A DNA stretch of 64,000 nt, taken from the NCBI GenBank assembly GCA_048571215.1, contig CP182352.1:3008001-3072000 (forward strand), read 5' to 3'. The notes under the pieces are model-generated. The model saw nothing but the letters and a program-made list of their open reading frames with translations. It searched no databases and was not told the DNA's origin. The stretch comes from Halarcobacter sp. GTDB lineage: Bacteria > Campylobacterota > Campylobacteria > Campylobacterales > Arcobacteraceae. The first letter of the stretch is position 1. Each line of letters starts with the position of its first letter. This document shows, piece by piece, positions 20,159-29,688 of the stretch. The translations under genes and the position numbers were made by a program.

Positions 20159-20518
20159 ATGTTTGTATGTGGATACCACTTCCCAGCTGATATGGGTAAT
20201 GATGTAAGTTTTGATAAAGTAATAGAAAAAGTTGAAGAAGGTATTGAAGCTGCAGGTAAAACTGTAACTATAACAAGTGAAACTAGAGAAGGTGTTAAAC
20301 TAGAAGAGATCTCTATCCCTGAAGGTTCTTTCTTACACACTGCATTTGTTGATTATTATACTAACACTGAATGTGCAGAAAAAGATGGTTTCAAAATGGT
20401 TTATTACACAAATAAATACCAAATCTCAGAAATTTCTAAATCAGTTGATGGTGATGCAACTAAAGCTATTTGTAAAAAATTAGATGATATGAATCTATAT
20501 AGAGTAAAAGTAGCGTAA
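20159..20518 (+). CDS. Unknown 119-aa protein between nifH and nifD
   Basis: Strong AAGGAG RBS, same strand, codon choices like nifHDK (TAC, CAC, TTC, GGT, GCT). Confidence 0.88.
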   Translation: MFVCGYHFPADMGNDVSFDKVIEKVEEGIEAAGKTVTITSETREGVKLEEISIPEGSFLHTAFVDYYTNTECAEKDGFKMVYYTNKYQISEISKSVDGDATKAICKKLDDMNLYRVKVA

Positions 20519-20549
20519 GCTACCTTTACTACCCTAAGAAGGAGAAAAT

Positions 20550-22016
20550 ATGGGACCAGAGACATTAGAGAGTCTACAAAATGAAGCTATTGAGGAAGTA
20601 CTAAGTGCTTATCCTGCAAAAGCTGCAAAAAACAGAGCAAAACACTTAGGTGTTGATGCACCAGAAGGTGTAAAAGGTGCTTGTGATAAAACTAGAAGTA
20701 ATAAACAAACTGTACCAGGAGTAATGTCGCAAAGAGGTTGTGCTTATGCGGGTTCTAAAGGGGTTGTTTGGGGACCAATTAAAGATATGATTCATATCTC
20801 ACATGGACCAATTGGATGTGGACAATATTCAAGAGGTGGGAGAAGAAACTATTATATCGGTACAACTGGTGTTGATACTTTTGTTACAATGAACTTCTCA
20901 ACTGACTTTAACGAAAAAGACATCGTATTCGGTGGAGATAAAAAACTTAAAAAAGCTTTAGAAGAAATTGATGATTTATTCCCATTAAACAATGGTATCT
21001 CAATTCAATCTGAGTGTCCAATCGGTCTAATCGGTGATGATATTCAAGCGGTTGCTAAAGTACATAAAAAAGAAACTGGTCATCAAACAATTGCTGTTTC
21101 ATGTGAAGGATTTAGAGGGGTTTCACAATCTCTTGGTCACCACATTGCAAATGACATGATTAGAGACCACGTTATGCCAGATACATCACACAGAAAAGAT
21201 TTCGAATCAACTGAATATGATGTAGCTATTATTGGGGATTATAACATCGGTGGTGATGCTTGGGCAACAAGAATCATCTTAGAAGAAATGGGATTAAGAG
21301 TAATTGCTCAATGGTCTGGGGATGCAACTTATAAAGAGTTAGCAATCGCTCCAAAAGCAAAACTTAACTTACTTCACTGTTATAGATCTATGAACTATAT
21401 TTCAAGACATATGGAACAAGAATTCGGTATACCTTGGATGGAATATAACTTCTTTGGACCAAGTAAAACAACTGAGTCTATTAGAAAAATCGCTTCATTC
21501 TTTGACGAAGCAATTCAAGAAAAAGCTGAAGCTGTTATTGCTAAATATACTGCTATGACTGATGCTGTTATTGCTAAATATAAACCTTTATTAGAGGGTA
21601 AAAAAGTTATGCTTTACGTTGGTGGATTAAGACCAAGACACGTTATTGGTGCATACGAAGATTTAGGAATGGAAGTAATCGGTACTGGTTATGAGTTCGC
21701 TCACGGTGATGATTATAAAAGAACTAAAGAAGATATTGAAAGATCTACTTTAATTTATGATGATGCTAATGAGTACGAATTAGAGCAATTCGTTAAGAAA
21801 TTGAGACCAGATTTAGTTGCTGCTGGTGTTAAAGAGAAATATGTATTCCAAAAAATGGGTCTACCATTTAGACAAATGCACTCTTGGGACTACAGTGGTC
21901 CATACCATGGATACGATGCGTTTGCAGTTTTTGCAAAAGATATGGATTTAGCTATGAATTCTCCTGTATGGGATCATACTACAGCTCCATGGGATAAAGA
22001 AGTAGAGGGAGCGTAA
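20550..22016 (+). CDS. nifD: Nitrogenase MoFe protein alpha chain
   Basis: RGCAYAG, GPIGCG, SECPIG, SLGHH, LHCYRS, GGLRPRH, QMHSWDY. Confidence 0.98.
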   Translation: MGPETLESLQNEAIEEVLSAYPAKAAKNRAKHLGVDAPEGVKGACDKTRSNKQTVPGVMSQRGCAYAGSKGVVWGPIKDMIHISHGPIGCGQYSRGGRRNYYIGTTGVDTFVTMNFSTDFNEKDIVFGGDKKLKKALEEIDDLFPLNNGISIQSECPIGLIGDDIQAVAKVHKKETGHQTIAVSCEGFRGVSQSLGHHIANDMIRDHVMPDTSHRKDFESTEYDVAIIGDYNIGGDAWATRIILEEMGLRVIAQWSGDATYKELAIAPKAKLNLLHCYRSMNYISRHMEQEFGIPWMEYNFFGPSKTTESIRKIASFFDEAIQEKAEAVIAKYTAMTDAVIAKYKPLLEGKKVMLYVGGLRPRHVIGAYEDLGMEVIGTGYEFAHGDDYKRTKEDIERSTLIYDDANEYELEQFVKKLRPDLVAAGVKEKYVFQKMGLPFRQMHSWDYSGPYHGYDAFAVFAKDMDLAMNSPVWDHTTAPWDKEVEGA

Positions 22017-22017
22017 T

Positions 22018-23565
22018 ATGCAAGACGTAGAAAACATAGTAAACGGACAAAAACTATTTTTAAAACCTGAATATCAAGAAGTTTTAAAAAACAAAAAACA
22101 ATTCGAAGGTGCAATGGGTGCAATTGATACTGCCAAAGTTGATGAAATTCAAGAATGGACTAAATCTTGGGATTATAGAGAAAAGAATTTAGCAAGAGAA
22201 GCAATTACTGTTAATCCAGCTAAAGCTTGTCAACCTCTAGGTGCTGTAATGGTTGGTCTTGGTTTTGAAAACACTATGCCATATGTACATGGTTCACATG
22301 GTTGTGTTTCATACTTTAGAACTTACTTTACAAGACACTTTAAAGAACCAACTCCATGTGTTTCTGACTCAATGTCTGAATCTGCAGCGGTATTTGGTGG
22401 TTTAGCAAATATGAAGGATGGTTTAAGAAACTGTAACGCTTTATATAAGCCTGATATGATTGCAGTATCTACTACATGTATGGCAGAAGTTATCGGTGAT
22501 GACTTAAATGCATTTATTTTAGGTGCAAGAGAAGAAGCTGAAGGTGAATTAGATAATATCGAAATCCCTTATGCTCATACTCCATCATTCGTAGGTTCTC
22601 ATATTACTGGTTATGATAATATGATGAAATCTATCTTAGAGCAATTAAACCCAACTAGATCAGAAAGAGTTGAAGATGAGGAAAGAATCAATATCATTCC
22701 TGGTTTTGAACCATATTTAGGGTCTTTAAAAGAGATTAAAAATATTGCTAAAATGTTTGGTGACAAAATTGTTATGTTAGGTGACCATGAAGAGCAATGG
22801 GATACTGGAGCTGGTGAATATAAATTATATGCTGGTGGTACAACTATAGCTGATACAAAAACTGCTATCAATGCTAAAGCTACTATCTCATTACAAAAAT
22901 ATTCAACAATAGCAACTGCTAAAACTATTAAAAACAAATGGAAACAAACTTTTGAAACTTGTAATCCAATTGGTTTAAGTGGTACTGATGCTTTTGTTAT
23001 GAAACTAGCTGAATTAACTGGTAAAGAAGTTCCTGCTGAACTTAAAAACCAAAGAGCTAGACTTGTTGATGCTATGCAAGATTCTTATCCATATATGCAT
23101 GGTAAGAAAATTGCAATCTGGGGAGATCCTGACTTTTTATTAGGTATGGTTTCTTTCTTAGTTGAAATGGGAGCAATTCCAACTCATGTTGTATGTCATA
23201 ATGCACCAAGAAAAGGTTGGGAAGCAGAGATGAGAGCAATCTTAGATAAATCAAACAGATCTGACGAGTGTAACATCTGGCCAGGTAAAGATTTATGGGC
23301 ATTAAGATCATTATTATTCACAGAACCAGTTGATTTCATGATTGGTAACGTTTATGGTAAAGAACTTTACAGAGATACAAAAACTCCACTTATCAGAATT
23401 GGTTTCCCAATTTTTGATAGACATCACTTACATAGATACTCTATGAGTGGTTATGAGGGTGCAATTAACTTATTAACTTGGATTACTAATGGTGTTCTTG
23501 ACCAATTAGATGAAGAGACTAAAGATATAGGTGAAACAGATTACTTCTTTGATTCAGTAAGATAA
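22018..23565 (+). CDS. nifK: Nitrogenase MoFe protein beta chain
   Basis: NPAKACQPLG, HGSHGCVSY, TTCMAEVIGDD, HTPSF, FPIFDRHH. Confidence 0.98.
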   Translation: MQDVENIVNGQKLFLKPEYQEVLKNKKQFEGAMGAIDTAKVDEIQEWTKSWDYREKNLAREAITVNPAKACQPLGAVMVGLGFENTMPYVHGSHGCVSYFRTYFTRHFKEPTPCVSDSMSESAAVFGGLANMKDGLRNCNALYKPDMIAVSTTCMAEVIGDDLNAFILGAREEAEGELDNIEIPYAHTPSFVGSHITGYDNMMKSILEQLNPTRSERVEDEERINIIPGFEPYLGSLKEIKNIAKMFGDKIVMLGDHEEQWDTGAGEYKLYAGGTTIADTKTAINAKATISLQKYSTIATAKTIKNKWKQTFETCNPIGLSGTDAFVMKLAELTGKEVPAELKNQRARLVDAMQDSYPYMHGKKIAIWGDPDFLLGMVSFLVEMGAIPTHVVCHNAPRKGWEAEMRAILDKSNRSDECNIWPGKDLWALRSLLFTEPVDFMIGNVYGKELYRDTKTPLIRIGFPIFDRHHLHRYSMSGYEGAINLLTWITNGVLDQLDEETKDIGETDYFFDSVR

Positions 23566-23571
23566 TCTTTT

Positions 23572-23602
23572 AAAACTAGAGGAAAAACCTCTAGTTTTTT
23601 TT
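23572..23602 (+). terminator. Intrinsic terminator after nifK
   Basis: AAAACTAGAGG-AAAAA-CCTCTAGTTTTTTTT. Confidence 0.9.
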
Positions 23603-23607
23603 AAGTA

Positions 23608-23635
23608 AGCGTTATATACTAAGGAATATAATGAT
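23608..23635. promoter_or_regulatory. ModE box 1
   Basis: AGCGTTATATA-N6-AATATAATGAT resembles ATCGnTATATA-N6-TATATAnCGAT; overlaps TATAAT. Confidence 0.7.
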
Positions 23636-23661
23636 AGAATTTCCTTAGTTTTTTTTAATCT

Positions 23662-23689
23662 ATCGTTATATATAAAAAGATATAACAAA
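23662..23689. promoter_or_regulatory. ModE box 2
   Basis: ATCGTTATATA-N6-GATATAACAAA immediately before the modE RBS. Confidence 0.75.
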
Positions 23690-23700
23690 AAAGGAAAGTG

Positions 23701-24483
23701 ATGGAAATATCATCAAACTTAACATTAGAACTCCTAGACCAACCTTTTTTACTTGAAAAAAGGATTAATTTGCTTTTTGCTATACAAAAATGTGGCTCAA
23801 TAAGTAAAGCAGCAAAAGAGGTTCCTATGAGTTATAAAAAAGCCTGGGAAGCAGTTGATACTATGAACAATCTATCTCCTACTGCAATAGTAACAACAGA
23901 AACAGGTGGTAAAGGTGGAGGGGGTACAGTTTTAACCCCCTATGGGGAAAACTTACTAAAAACATATCTTGTGTTAAAACATGAACACAAAAAATTTTTA
24001 GAGATTTTAAAAAATATGACTGACATAGACTCAGGAACTTTAAAAACAATTGGGAGACTTTCGATGCAAATAAGTGCTAGAAACCAAATAAGAGGAAAAG
24101 TAGAATTGATTGAGGAGGGTAAAGTAAATGCCCAAGTTTATGTAAAACTAAAAAGTGGTTACACTTTGGTCTCAACTATTACAAAAACAGCAGTTAATAA
24201 TTTGAACTTAAAAATAGATGATGAAGTAACTGCTTTTTTTAAATCAAGTACAGTTCTAATCACTACAGATTTAACACTAAATATAAGTGCTAGAAATAAG
24301 TTCCAAGGTAAAATTGAAAATATTCACACAGGCGAAGTTAATAGCGAAGTGATTATTGATATTGGGAACATGGATAAAATAGCATCTATTGTAACCTCAG
24401 GATCGATTAGGTCTTTAGATTTAAAAGAGGGTGTGCAAGTAAGTGCTATTATAAAAGCAAGTGACATAATGATAGGAAAGTAA
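23701..24483 (+). CDS. modE: Molybdate-responsive regulator ModE
   Basis: GSISKAAKEVPMSYKKAW, GGKGGGG, two SARN TOBE repeats; start may be GTG 23698. Confidence 0.93.
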   Translation: MEISSNLTLELLDQPFLLEKRINLLFAIQKCGSISKAAKEVPMSYKKAWEAVDTMNNLSPTAIVTTETGGKGGGGTVLTPYGENLLKTYLVLKHEHKKFLEILKNMTDIDSGTLKTIGRLSMQISARNQIRGKVELIEEGKVNAQVYVKLKSGYTLVSTITKTAVNNLNLKIDDEVTAFFKSSTVLITTDLTLNISARNKFQGKIENIHTGEVNSEVIIDIGNMDKIASIVTSGSIRSLDLKEGVQVSAIIKASDIMIGK

Positions 24484-24493
24484 AAGGAATAAA

Positions 24494-25240
24494 ATGAAAA
24501 ATATAGTTTTAATAGTCTTGTTATTAGGTGCAAACCTATTTGCAGGGAGTATAAATATAGCAGTTGCAGCAAATGTTAGTTATGCAATAAATGACCTAAT
24601 TTCTGAATTTAACAAAACAAATCCAGATACAAATGTAAATGTAACTTTAGGAAGTAGTGGAAAACTAACTGCACAAATAAAAAATGGTGCCCCATACAAT
24701 CTATTTATGGCAGCAAATATGAAATACCCAAAAGCTTTATATAGTGACAAAATTGCTATAACTAAGCCAGTGATTTACGCACAAGGAAGTTTAGCTATCT
24801 TAAGTGCAAAACAGGTTGATTTTTCAAAAGGAATAATGCTTGCAAAGGATAGTTCTATAAAAAAAATAGCAATTGCAAACCCAAAAACTGCTCCATATGG
24901 AAAAGCAGCAGTAGAAGCTATGAAAAATGCAAAAATTTATAATGATGTAGTTGGTAAATATGTATATGCAGAATCTATTTCACAAACAGTTACCTATGCT
25001 TTAACTGCTACTGATATAGGTTTTATTGCAAAATCATCTTTATATAGTCCTAAAATGGCCATGTATAAAGAAGGAATTAATTGGACAGATGTTGACCCAA
25101 AACTTTATACACCAATAAACCAAGGGATTGTTATACTTAGCAATGCAAAAGATAATAAAGAGGTAAAAGCATTTTATGATTTTATCTTAGGTGAAAAAGC
25201 CAAAAAAATATTTAACGAATTCGGATATTTAGTACCATGA
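24494..25240 (+). CDS. modA: Molybdate-binding periplasmic protein
   Basis: AVAAN, GSSGKLTAQIKNGAP, ANPKTAPYG. Confidence 0.92.
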   Translation: MKNIVLIVLLLGANLFAGSINIAVAANVSYAINDLISEFNKTNPDTNVNVTLGSSGKLTAQIKNGAPYNLFMAANMKYPKALYSDKIAITKPVIYAQGSLAILSAKQVDFSKGIMLAKDSSIKKIAIANPKTAPYGKAAVEAMKNAKIYNDVVGKYVYAESISQTVTYALTATDIGFIAKSSLYSPKMAMYKEGINWTDVDPKLYTPINQGIVILSNAKDNKEVKAFYDFILGEKAKKIFNEFGYLVP

Positions 25241-25638
25241 ATGAGATAGTTGCAACTATTTCTCAAATTGACAATATTGATAACCTCAATATTGTCCAAT
25301 TTGAGTTTAATAATCAAACTTTAAAAATGATGAGTTTAGACTTAAATGACAATATTGTAAAGAATCAAAAGGTTATACTAACAGTTAAACCAACACATAT
25401 TGCCATAGGAAAAAACTTTAGTGGAGAATTAAGCTACTCAAATCAGATCAAAGCCACAATTGATGATATTGAAAAAGGGGAACTTCTTGTAAATGTAATC
25501 TCTAAAGTGGCAGGAATAAACTTGCAAAGTATTATAACAGCTAGTTCTGCAAATAGAATGAACTTAAAAAAAGAGGATGAGATTATTTTACTTATAAAAG
25601 CAAGTGATATATCAATATTGGATGTTATAAATGATTGA
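25237..25638 (+). CDS. Di-TOBE/Mop molybdate-binding protein
   Basis: SYSNQI, SIITASSA, IKASD. Confidence 0.8.
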   Translation: MNEIVATISQIDNIDNLNIVQFEFNNQTLKMMSLDLNDNIVKNQKVILTVKPTHIAIGKNFSGELSYSNQIKATIDDIEKGELLVNVISKVAGINLQSIITASSANRMNLKKEDEIILLIKASDISILDVIND

Positions 25639-26323
25639 AATATTAAAAACAATGGAGTTTGGTCCATTTTTATTATCTTTTAAATTAGCAGGTTTGACCA
25701 CTTTGATTTTGTTTGTTATATCTATGCCACTTAGTTGGTGGTTATCACAAACAAAATCAAAATATAAACCTTTACTCGAAGCAATAACTGCCTTACCTTT
25801 GGTATTACCTCCATCAGTACTAGGTTTTTATATCCTTTGGGCATTATCAATAAACTCACCAATTGGGCAGTTTTTTGAAGATATATTTGGAATAAAACTT
25901 GTTTTCAATTTTACAGGGCTTGTAGTAGCAAGTTGTTTTTACTCTTTGCCATTTATGGTACAACCCTTACAAAGTGGTTTTGAAAGTATAAATAAAAATA
26001 TGTTAGAAGCTAGCTATATAGCTGGAAAAGGGAAAATTGAGACTATGAGTAAGGTGGCTCTTCCAAATATAAAACCAGCATTAATGACAGCAATAATAGT
26101 AACCTTTGCCCATACAGTAGGAGAGTTTGGAGTGGTTCTAATGGTAGGTGGAAGTATCCCAGGAGAAACAAAAGTAGCTTCTGTTGCTATATACGAATTT
26201 GTAGAGATTATGGATTATAAAGCAGCACATATCTATAGTGCTATTATGGTTATTATAAGTTTCTTGGTACTTTTAAGTGTTTATATTTTTAATCATAAAC
26301 AAAATAAAAAATTTGGATTATAA
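25631..26323 (+). CDS. modB: Molybdate ABC transporter permease
   Basis: LPLVLPPSVLGFY, FAHTVGEFGVVLMVGG. Confidence 0.93.
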   Translation: MIEILKTMEFGPFLLSFKLAGLTTLILFVISMPLSWWLSQTKSKYKPLLEAITALPLVLPPSVLGFYILWALSINSPIGQFFEDIFGIKLVFNFTGLVVASCFYSLPFMVQPLQSGFESINKNMLEASYIAGKGKIETMSKVALPNIKPALMTAIIVTFAHTVGEFGVVLMVGGSIPGETKVASVAIYEFVEIMDYKAAHIYSAIMVIISFLVLLSVYIFNHKQNKKFGL

Positions 26324-26324
26324 A

Positions 26325-27179
26325 ATGATAAAAATTGATATAAATAAAAACCTCCATGGTTCAAATGGACAAATGCAACTAAATGTAAATTTAGAGATAA
26401 AAAACAAAGACTTTATCGCTTTAGCAGGGGTTAGTGGTAGTGGGAAAACAACACTTTTAAGGATACTTGCGGGTCTTGAAGAGGCAAAGGGTCAAATCAA
26501 AATCGATGATGAGATTTGGCTTGATGAAAAGTTTTCTCTTCCGCCTCAAAAAAGAAAAATAGGTTTTGTATTTCAAGATTATGCCCTATTTCCAAATATG
26601 AGTGTCCTTGATAATCTTCTTTATGTAAAAAAAGATAAAGAGTTGGCAATGTATTTGCTTGAAATAACAGAATTAAAAGAGTTAGCAAAAAGATTACCTA
26701 AAAGCCTAAGTGGTGGGCAAAAACAACGTGTTAGTTTATGTCGTGCTATGATGAATAGACCAAAACTTCTTTTAATGGATGAGCCCTTATCTGCCCTTGA
26801 TCCAAATATGAGAACAAAACTTCAAAACGAGATTTTGTCACTTCATAAAGAGTTTGAAACAACTACAATAATGGTAAGCCATGATCCAAGTGAAATCTAT
26901 AGACTAAGCAATAGGGTTATTGTTTTAAACCAAGGTGAGATAATCAAAGATGGAAAAGCAAAAGATGTTTTACTAAAAACAAGTGGTAGTGCTAAATTCT
27001 CTTTTGAAGGGGAACTACTTGATATAAAAAAAGTGGATGTAATCTATATAGCTATTGTAGCTATTGGTCAACAATTAGTTGAAGTGGTTATAAGCTCCCA
27101 AGAAGCAAAAACTTTTGTTATTGGTCAATCAGTAACAGTAAGTACAAAAGCTTTCAGCCCAATGATAACACAAGCATAA
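26325..27179 (+). CDS. modC: Molybdate ABC transporter ATPase
   Basis: GVSGSGKT, FQDYALFP, LSGGQKQR; start ATG 26325. Confidence 0.9.
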   Translation: MIKIDINKNLHGSNGQMQLNVNLEIKNKDFIALAGVSGSGKTTLLRILAGLEEAKGQIKIDDEIWLDEKFSLPPQKRKIGFVFQDYALFPNMSVLDNLLYVKKDKELAMYLLEITELKELAKRLPKSLSGGQKQRVSLCRAMMNRPKLLLMDEPLSALDPNMRTKLQNEILSLHKEFETTTIMVSHDPSEIYRLSNRVIVLNQGEIIKDGKAKDVLLKTSGSAKFSFEGELLDIKKVDVIYIAIVAIGQQLVEVVISSQEAKTFVIGQSVTVSTKAFSPMITQA

Positions 27180-27188
27180 GGAAAAATA

Positions 27189-27893
27189 ATGAAAAAGATT
27201 TTAATTTTTGTAAGTTTAGTATTTGTTCCACTTTTTGCAAATGATTTAAAAGTTGCAGCGGGTGCAGGATATAAAAAAGTTGTTCTAAAAGTGATTAAAG
27301 CTTATGAAAAAAATGGCAAAAATGTAGATGGCTTTTTTGGTAATATGCGTCAAGTTACAAGCCAAGCCAAGCAGACAGATATAGGCTTAATTATAGGAGA
27401 TAAAAACTTTTTACTAAAAAAAAGCAACTTAGATATTAAGGATTTTTCTACTATTGGAGAAGGGAAAGTTGTAATTGCCTATGGCAAAAACTCAACAATC
27501 ATCAAATCCTCAAAAGATTTATTAAATCCACAAATAAAGAAAATAGCTATGCCCCAAGAGAAAAAGGCAATTTATGGGATTGCAGGAAAAGAGTTTTTAG
27601 AAAATGAAAACCTTTATAAAGCTATAAAAGATAAATTATACATGGTCGCAACAGTACCCCAATCATTAACTTATATAATAACAAATGAAGTGGATGCTGG
27701 AATTATAAATCTAACAGCAGCCTTGGAAAACAAAAATAAAATTGGCGGATATATACAAGTTAATGAAAATAGTTATTCCAAAATAGAAATAATTGCTGCA
27801 AAACTTCCAACTTGTAAAAAAGAGTGTGAAGATTTTCTTGAGTTTCTAAAAACTAAAGAATCTAAAGAGATTTTTAAATCTTACGGTTTATAA
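27189..27893 (+). CDS. Second, divergent ModA-family binding protein
   Basis: Signal peptide, AAGAGYKK, FGNMRQV, KAIYG, TVPQ. Confidence 0.82.
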   Translation: MKKILIFVSLVFVPLFANDLKVAAGAGYKKVVLKVIKAYEKNGKNVDGFFGNMRQVTSQAKQTDIGLIIGDKNFLLKKSNLDIKDFSTIGEGKVVIAYGKNSTIIKSSKDLLNPQIKKIAMPQEKKAIYGIAGKEFLENENLYKAIKDKLYMVATVPQSLTYIITNEVDAGIINLTAALENKNKIGGYIQVNENSYSKIEIIAAKLPTCKKECEDFLEFLKTKESKEIFKSYGL

Positions 27894-27894
27894 A

Positions 27895-28575
27895 ATGGAA
27901 GCTATAATATTGGAACAAATAACCAATCCCTTATGGCTTAGCTTTAAAACTATTGTTGTAACCGCATTTTTATTCTTATTTTTAGGAATCCCTTTAGCCT
28001 ATCTTCTTTCAAAAAAAGAGTTACCTTTTCGTTGGTTATTAGATACTCTTGTTACTCTACCTTTAGTTTTTCCACCAATTGCAATTGGATTTTTTCTTCT
28101 TTTTATTTTAGGAAAACAAAGTTTTATTGGTCAGCAATTATTAAAACTTAATATTGAGATAATTTTTAGTTTTACCGGTATTGTAATTGCAGCATTTATT
28201 GCAGGCTTGCCTTTGATGATTAAACCTTTGCAAGCAAGTATTGAACAGTTCCCAAAAGAGATAAAAGAGGCTTCATATATTAGTGGAAAATCAAAAATAT
28301 ATACCTTTATAACAATAATCTTACCAACAATCAAAAACACCTTGTTTGTTGCCCTATTAATAGCAACAGCAAGGGCTTTGGGAGAGGTAGGGATTAGCTT
28401 GATGTTAGGTGGAAATATTATAGGAAAAACTGATACAATATCTTTAGCAATTTATAATGCTGTATTTGATGGAGATTATGATTTAGCACTTATTTTAAGT
28501 GGTATATTGGTATTTATCTCTTTGCTTTTTTTTATAGTATTAAATTTGTTTGAAAAAAAGGAAAAATATGTTTAA
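27895..28575 (+). CDS. Second ModB-family permease
   Basis: LPLVFPPIAIGF, RALGEVGISLMLGGNI. Confidence 0.88.
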   Translation: MEAIILEQITNPLWLSFKTIVVTAFLFLFLGIPLAYLLSKKELPFRWLLDTLVTLPLVFPPIAIGFFLLFILGKQSFIGQQLLKLNIEIIFSFTGIVIAAFIAGLPLMIKPLQASIEQFPKEIKEASYISGKSKIYTFITIILPTIKNTLFVALLIATARALGEVGISLMLGGNIIGKTDTISLAIYNAVFDGDYDLALILSGILVFISLLFFIVLNLFEKKEKYV

Positions 28576-29413
28576 TCTATCAGATATTGAACTACAAAAC
28601 TACATTCAAGATGATATACCTTATGATGATTTAACTACTAGTTTACAAAATTGTAACAATCAAAAAGCTAAGCTTGAAGTGTTTACAAGGGAAGATATAG
28701 TGGTATCTTGTAGTGAAGAAGCCGCAAGAATTGCCCAACTACTCAATTGTAAAGTTGAATCATTTTTAAAAAGTAAAAGCAAAGCTTCAAAAGGTGATAC
28801 TATCTTAAGCTACACAGGAGACTATGAAAATATTCATAAAGCCTGGAGACTAACTCAAATCCTATTAGAATATAGTTGTAAGATATCAACATATGCCTAT
28901 AAGATGAAAGAAGAGATTGATAAGGTAAATACAAACTGTGAACTTCTAACCACAAGGAAAACTTTTCCTTTTTCAAAAAGGTTTTGTATAAAAGCTGCAC
29001 TTTGTGGAGGAGCAAATCCTCACAGACTTGGTTTATCAGAAACAATACTATTTTTTGATGGACATAGAATCTTATATAAAAGTAATGAAGAGTTTTATAA
29101 AGCAATAAGTGATATAAAAAAAAGTGCTAGTGAAAAGATGATTGCGGTGGAGAGTAACTCCATAGAAGATTGTATAAACCTCATGAATGTGGGAGTTGAT
29201 ACTCTACAACTAGATAAAATAGAGTTTGAAACTTTAGAAAAAATACTCACTTACAAAAATGTAAACTTCCCAAATATTAAAGTATTGCTTGCAGGTGGGA
29301 TAAATCTAAACAATATAAAAGATTATGCAAAATTTGATATTGATGGTATTGTTACAAGTTCTGTATATCTAAGTGGAATGGCAAATATAAGTAGTAAGTT
29401 AAAGCTACTTTGA
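28568..29413 (+). CDS. modD: ModD (quinolinate phosphoribosyltransferase-like)
   Basis: DDIPYDDLTT, TTRKTFP, HRLGLSETIL.F, LQLDK, AGGIN. Confidence 0.88.
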   Translation: MFNLSDIELQNYIQDDIPYDDLTTSLQNCNNQKAKLEVFTREDIVVSCSEEAARIAQLLNCKVESFLKSKSKASKGDTILSYTGDYENIHKAWRLTQILLEYSCKISTYAYKMKEEIDKVNTNCELLTTRKTFPFSKRFCIKAALCGGANPHRLGLSETILFFDGHRILYKSNEEFYKAISDIKKSASEKMIAVESNSIEDCINLMNVGVDTLQLDKIEFETLEKILTYKNVNFPNIKVLLAGGINLNNIKDYAKFDIDGIVTSSVYLSGMANISSKLKLL

Positions 29414-29423
29414 CTAAAAAAAG

Positions 29424-29439
29424 GGGAATAGTAATTGCA
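29424..29439 (+). promoter_or_regulatory. sigma54 promoter upstream of a small ORF
   Basis: GGGAATAGTAATTGCA, GG-N10-GC. Confidence 0.75.
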
Positions 29440-29473
29440 ATTTATCATCTCATACTAATAATAGGATTAAAAG

Positions 29474-29572
29474 ATGGATTTTGAAAAATTTATTTTTCCA
29501 CTTGTTCTAATAACATATATCTCTGCTATAATTATTTATGCAAATTATAAATACAGTAAAAATAAAAAATAA
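29474..29572 (+). CDS. Unannotated 32-aa single-TM peptide
   Basis: AGGA RBS; MDFEKFIFPLVLITYISAIIIYANYKYSKNKK*; hydrophobic core and basic tail. Confidence 0.7.
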   Translation: MDFEKFIFPLVLITYISAIIIYANYKYSKNKK

Positions 29573-29588
29573 CGGAACATAAATTGCA
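29573..29588 (+). promoter_or_regulatory. Second tandem sigma54 promoter
   Basis: CGGAACATAAATTGCA, GG-N10-GC. Confidence 0.85.
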
Positions 29589-29618
29589 TATACTTTAATA
29601 CCTTTTGTAAATTAGATT

Positions 29619-29660
29619 TTAAAAGAGTAGGGAAGATGCCTCCTTACTCTTTTAATTTTT
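29619..29660 (+). terminator. Strong hairpin plus U-tract downstream of the sigma54 promoter
   Basis: TTAAAAGAGTAGGGA-AGATGCC-TCCTTACTCTTTTAA then TTTTT. Confidence 0.75.
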
Positions 29661-29688
29661 AAGAATATAAAAAAATAGGATTAGATTA

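Noticed and set aside
20159..20518. orf119 as nifI/PII or AnfG/VnfG
   Set aside because: No PII motifs; G subunits lie between D and K; NifD/NifK look like Mo-type group I
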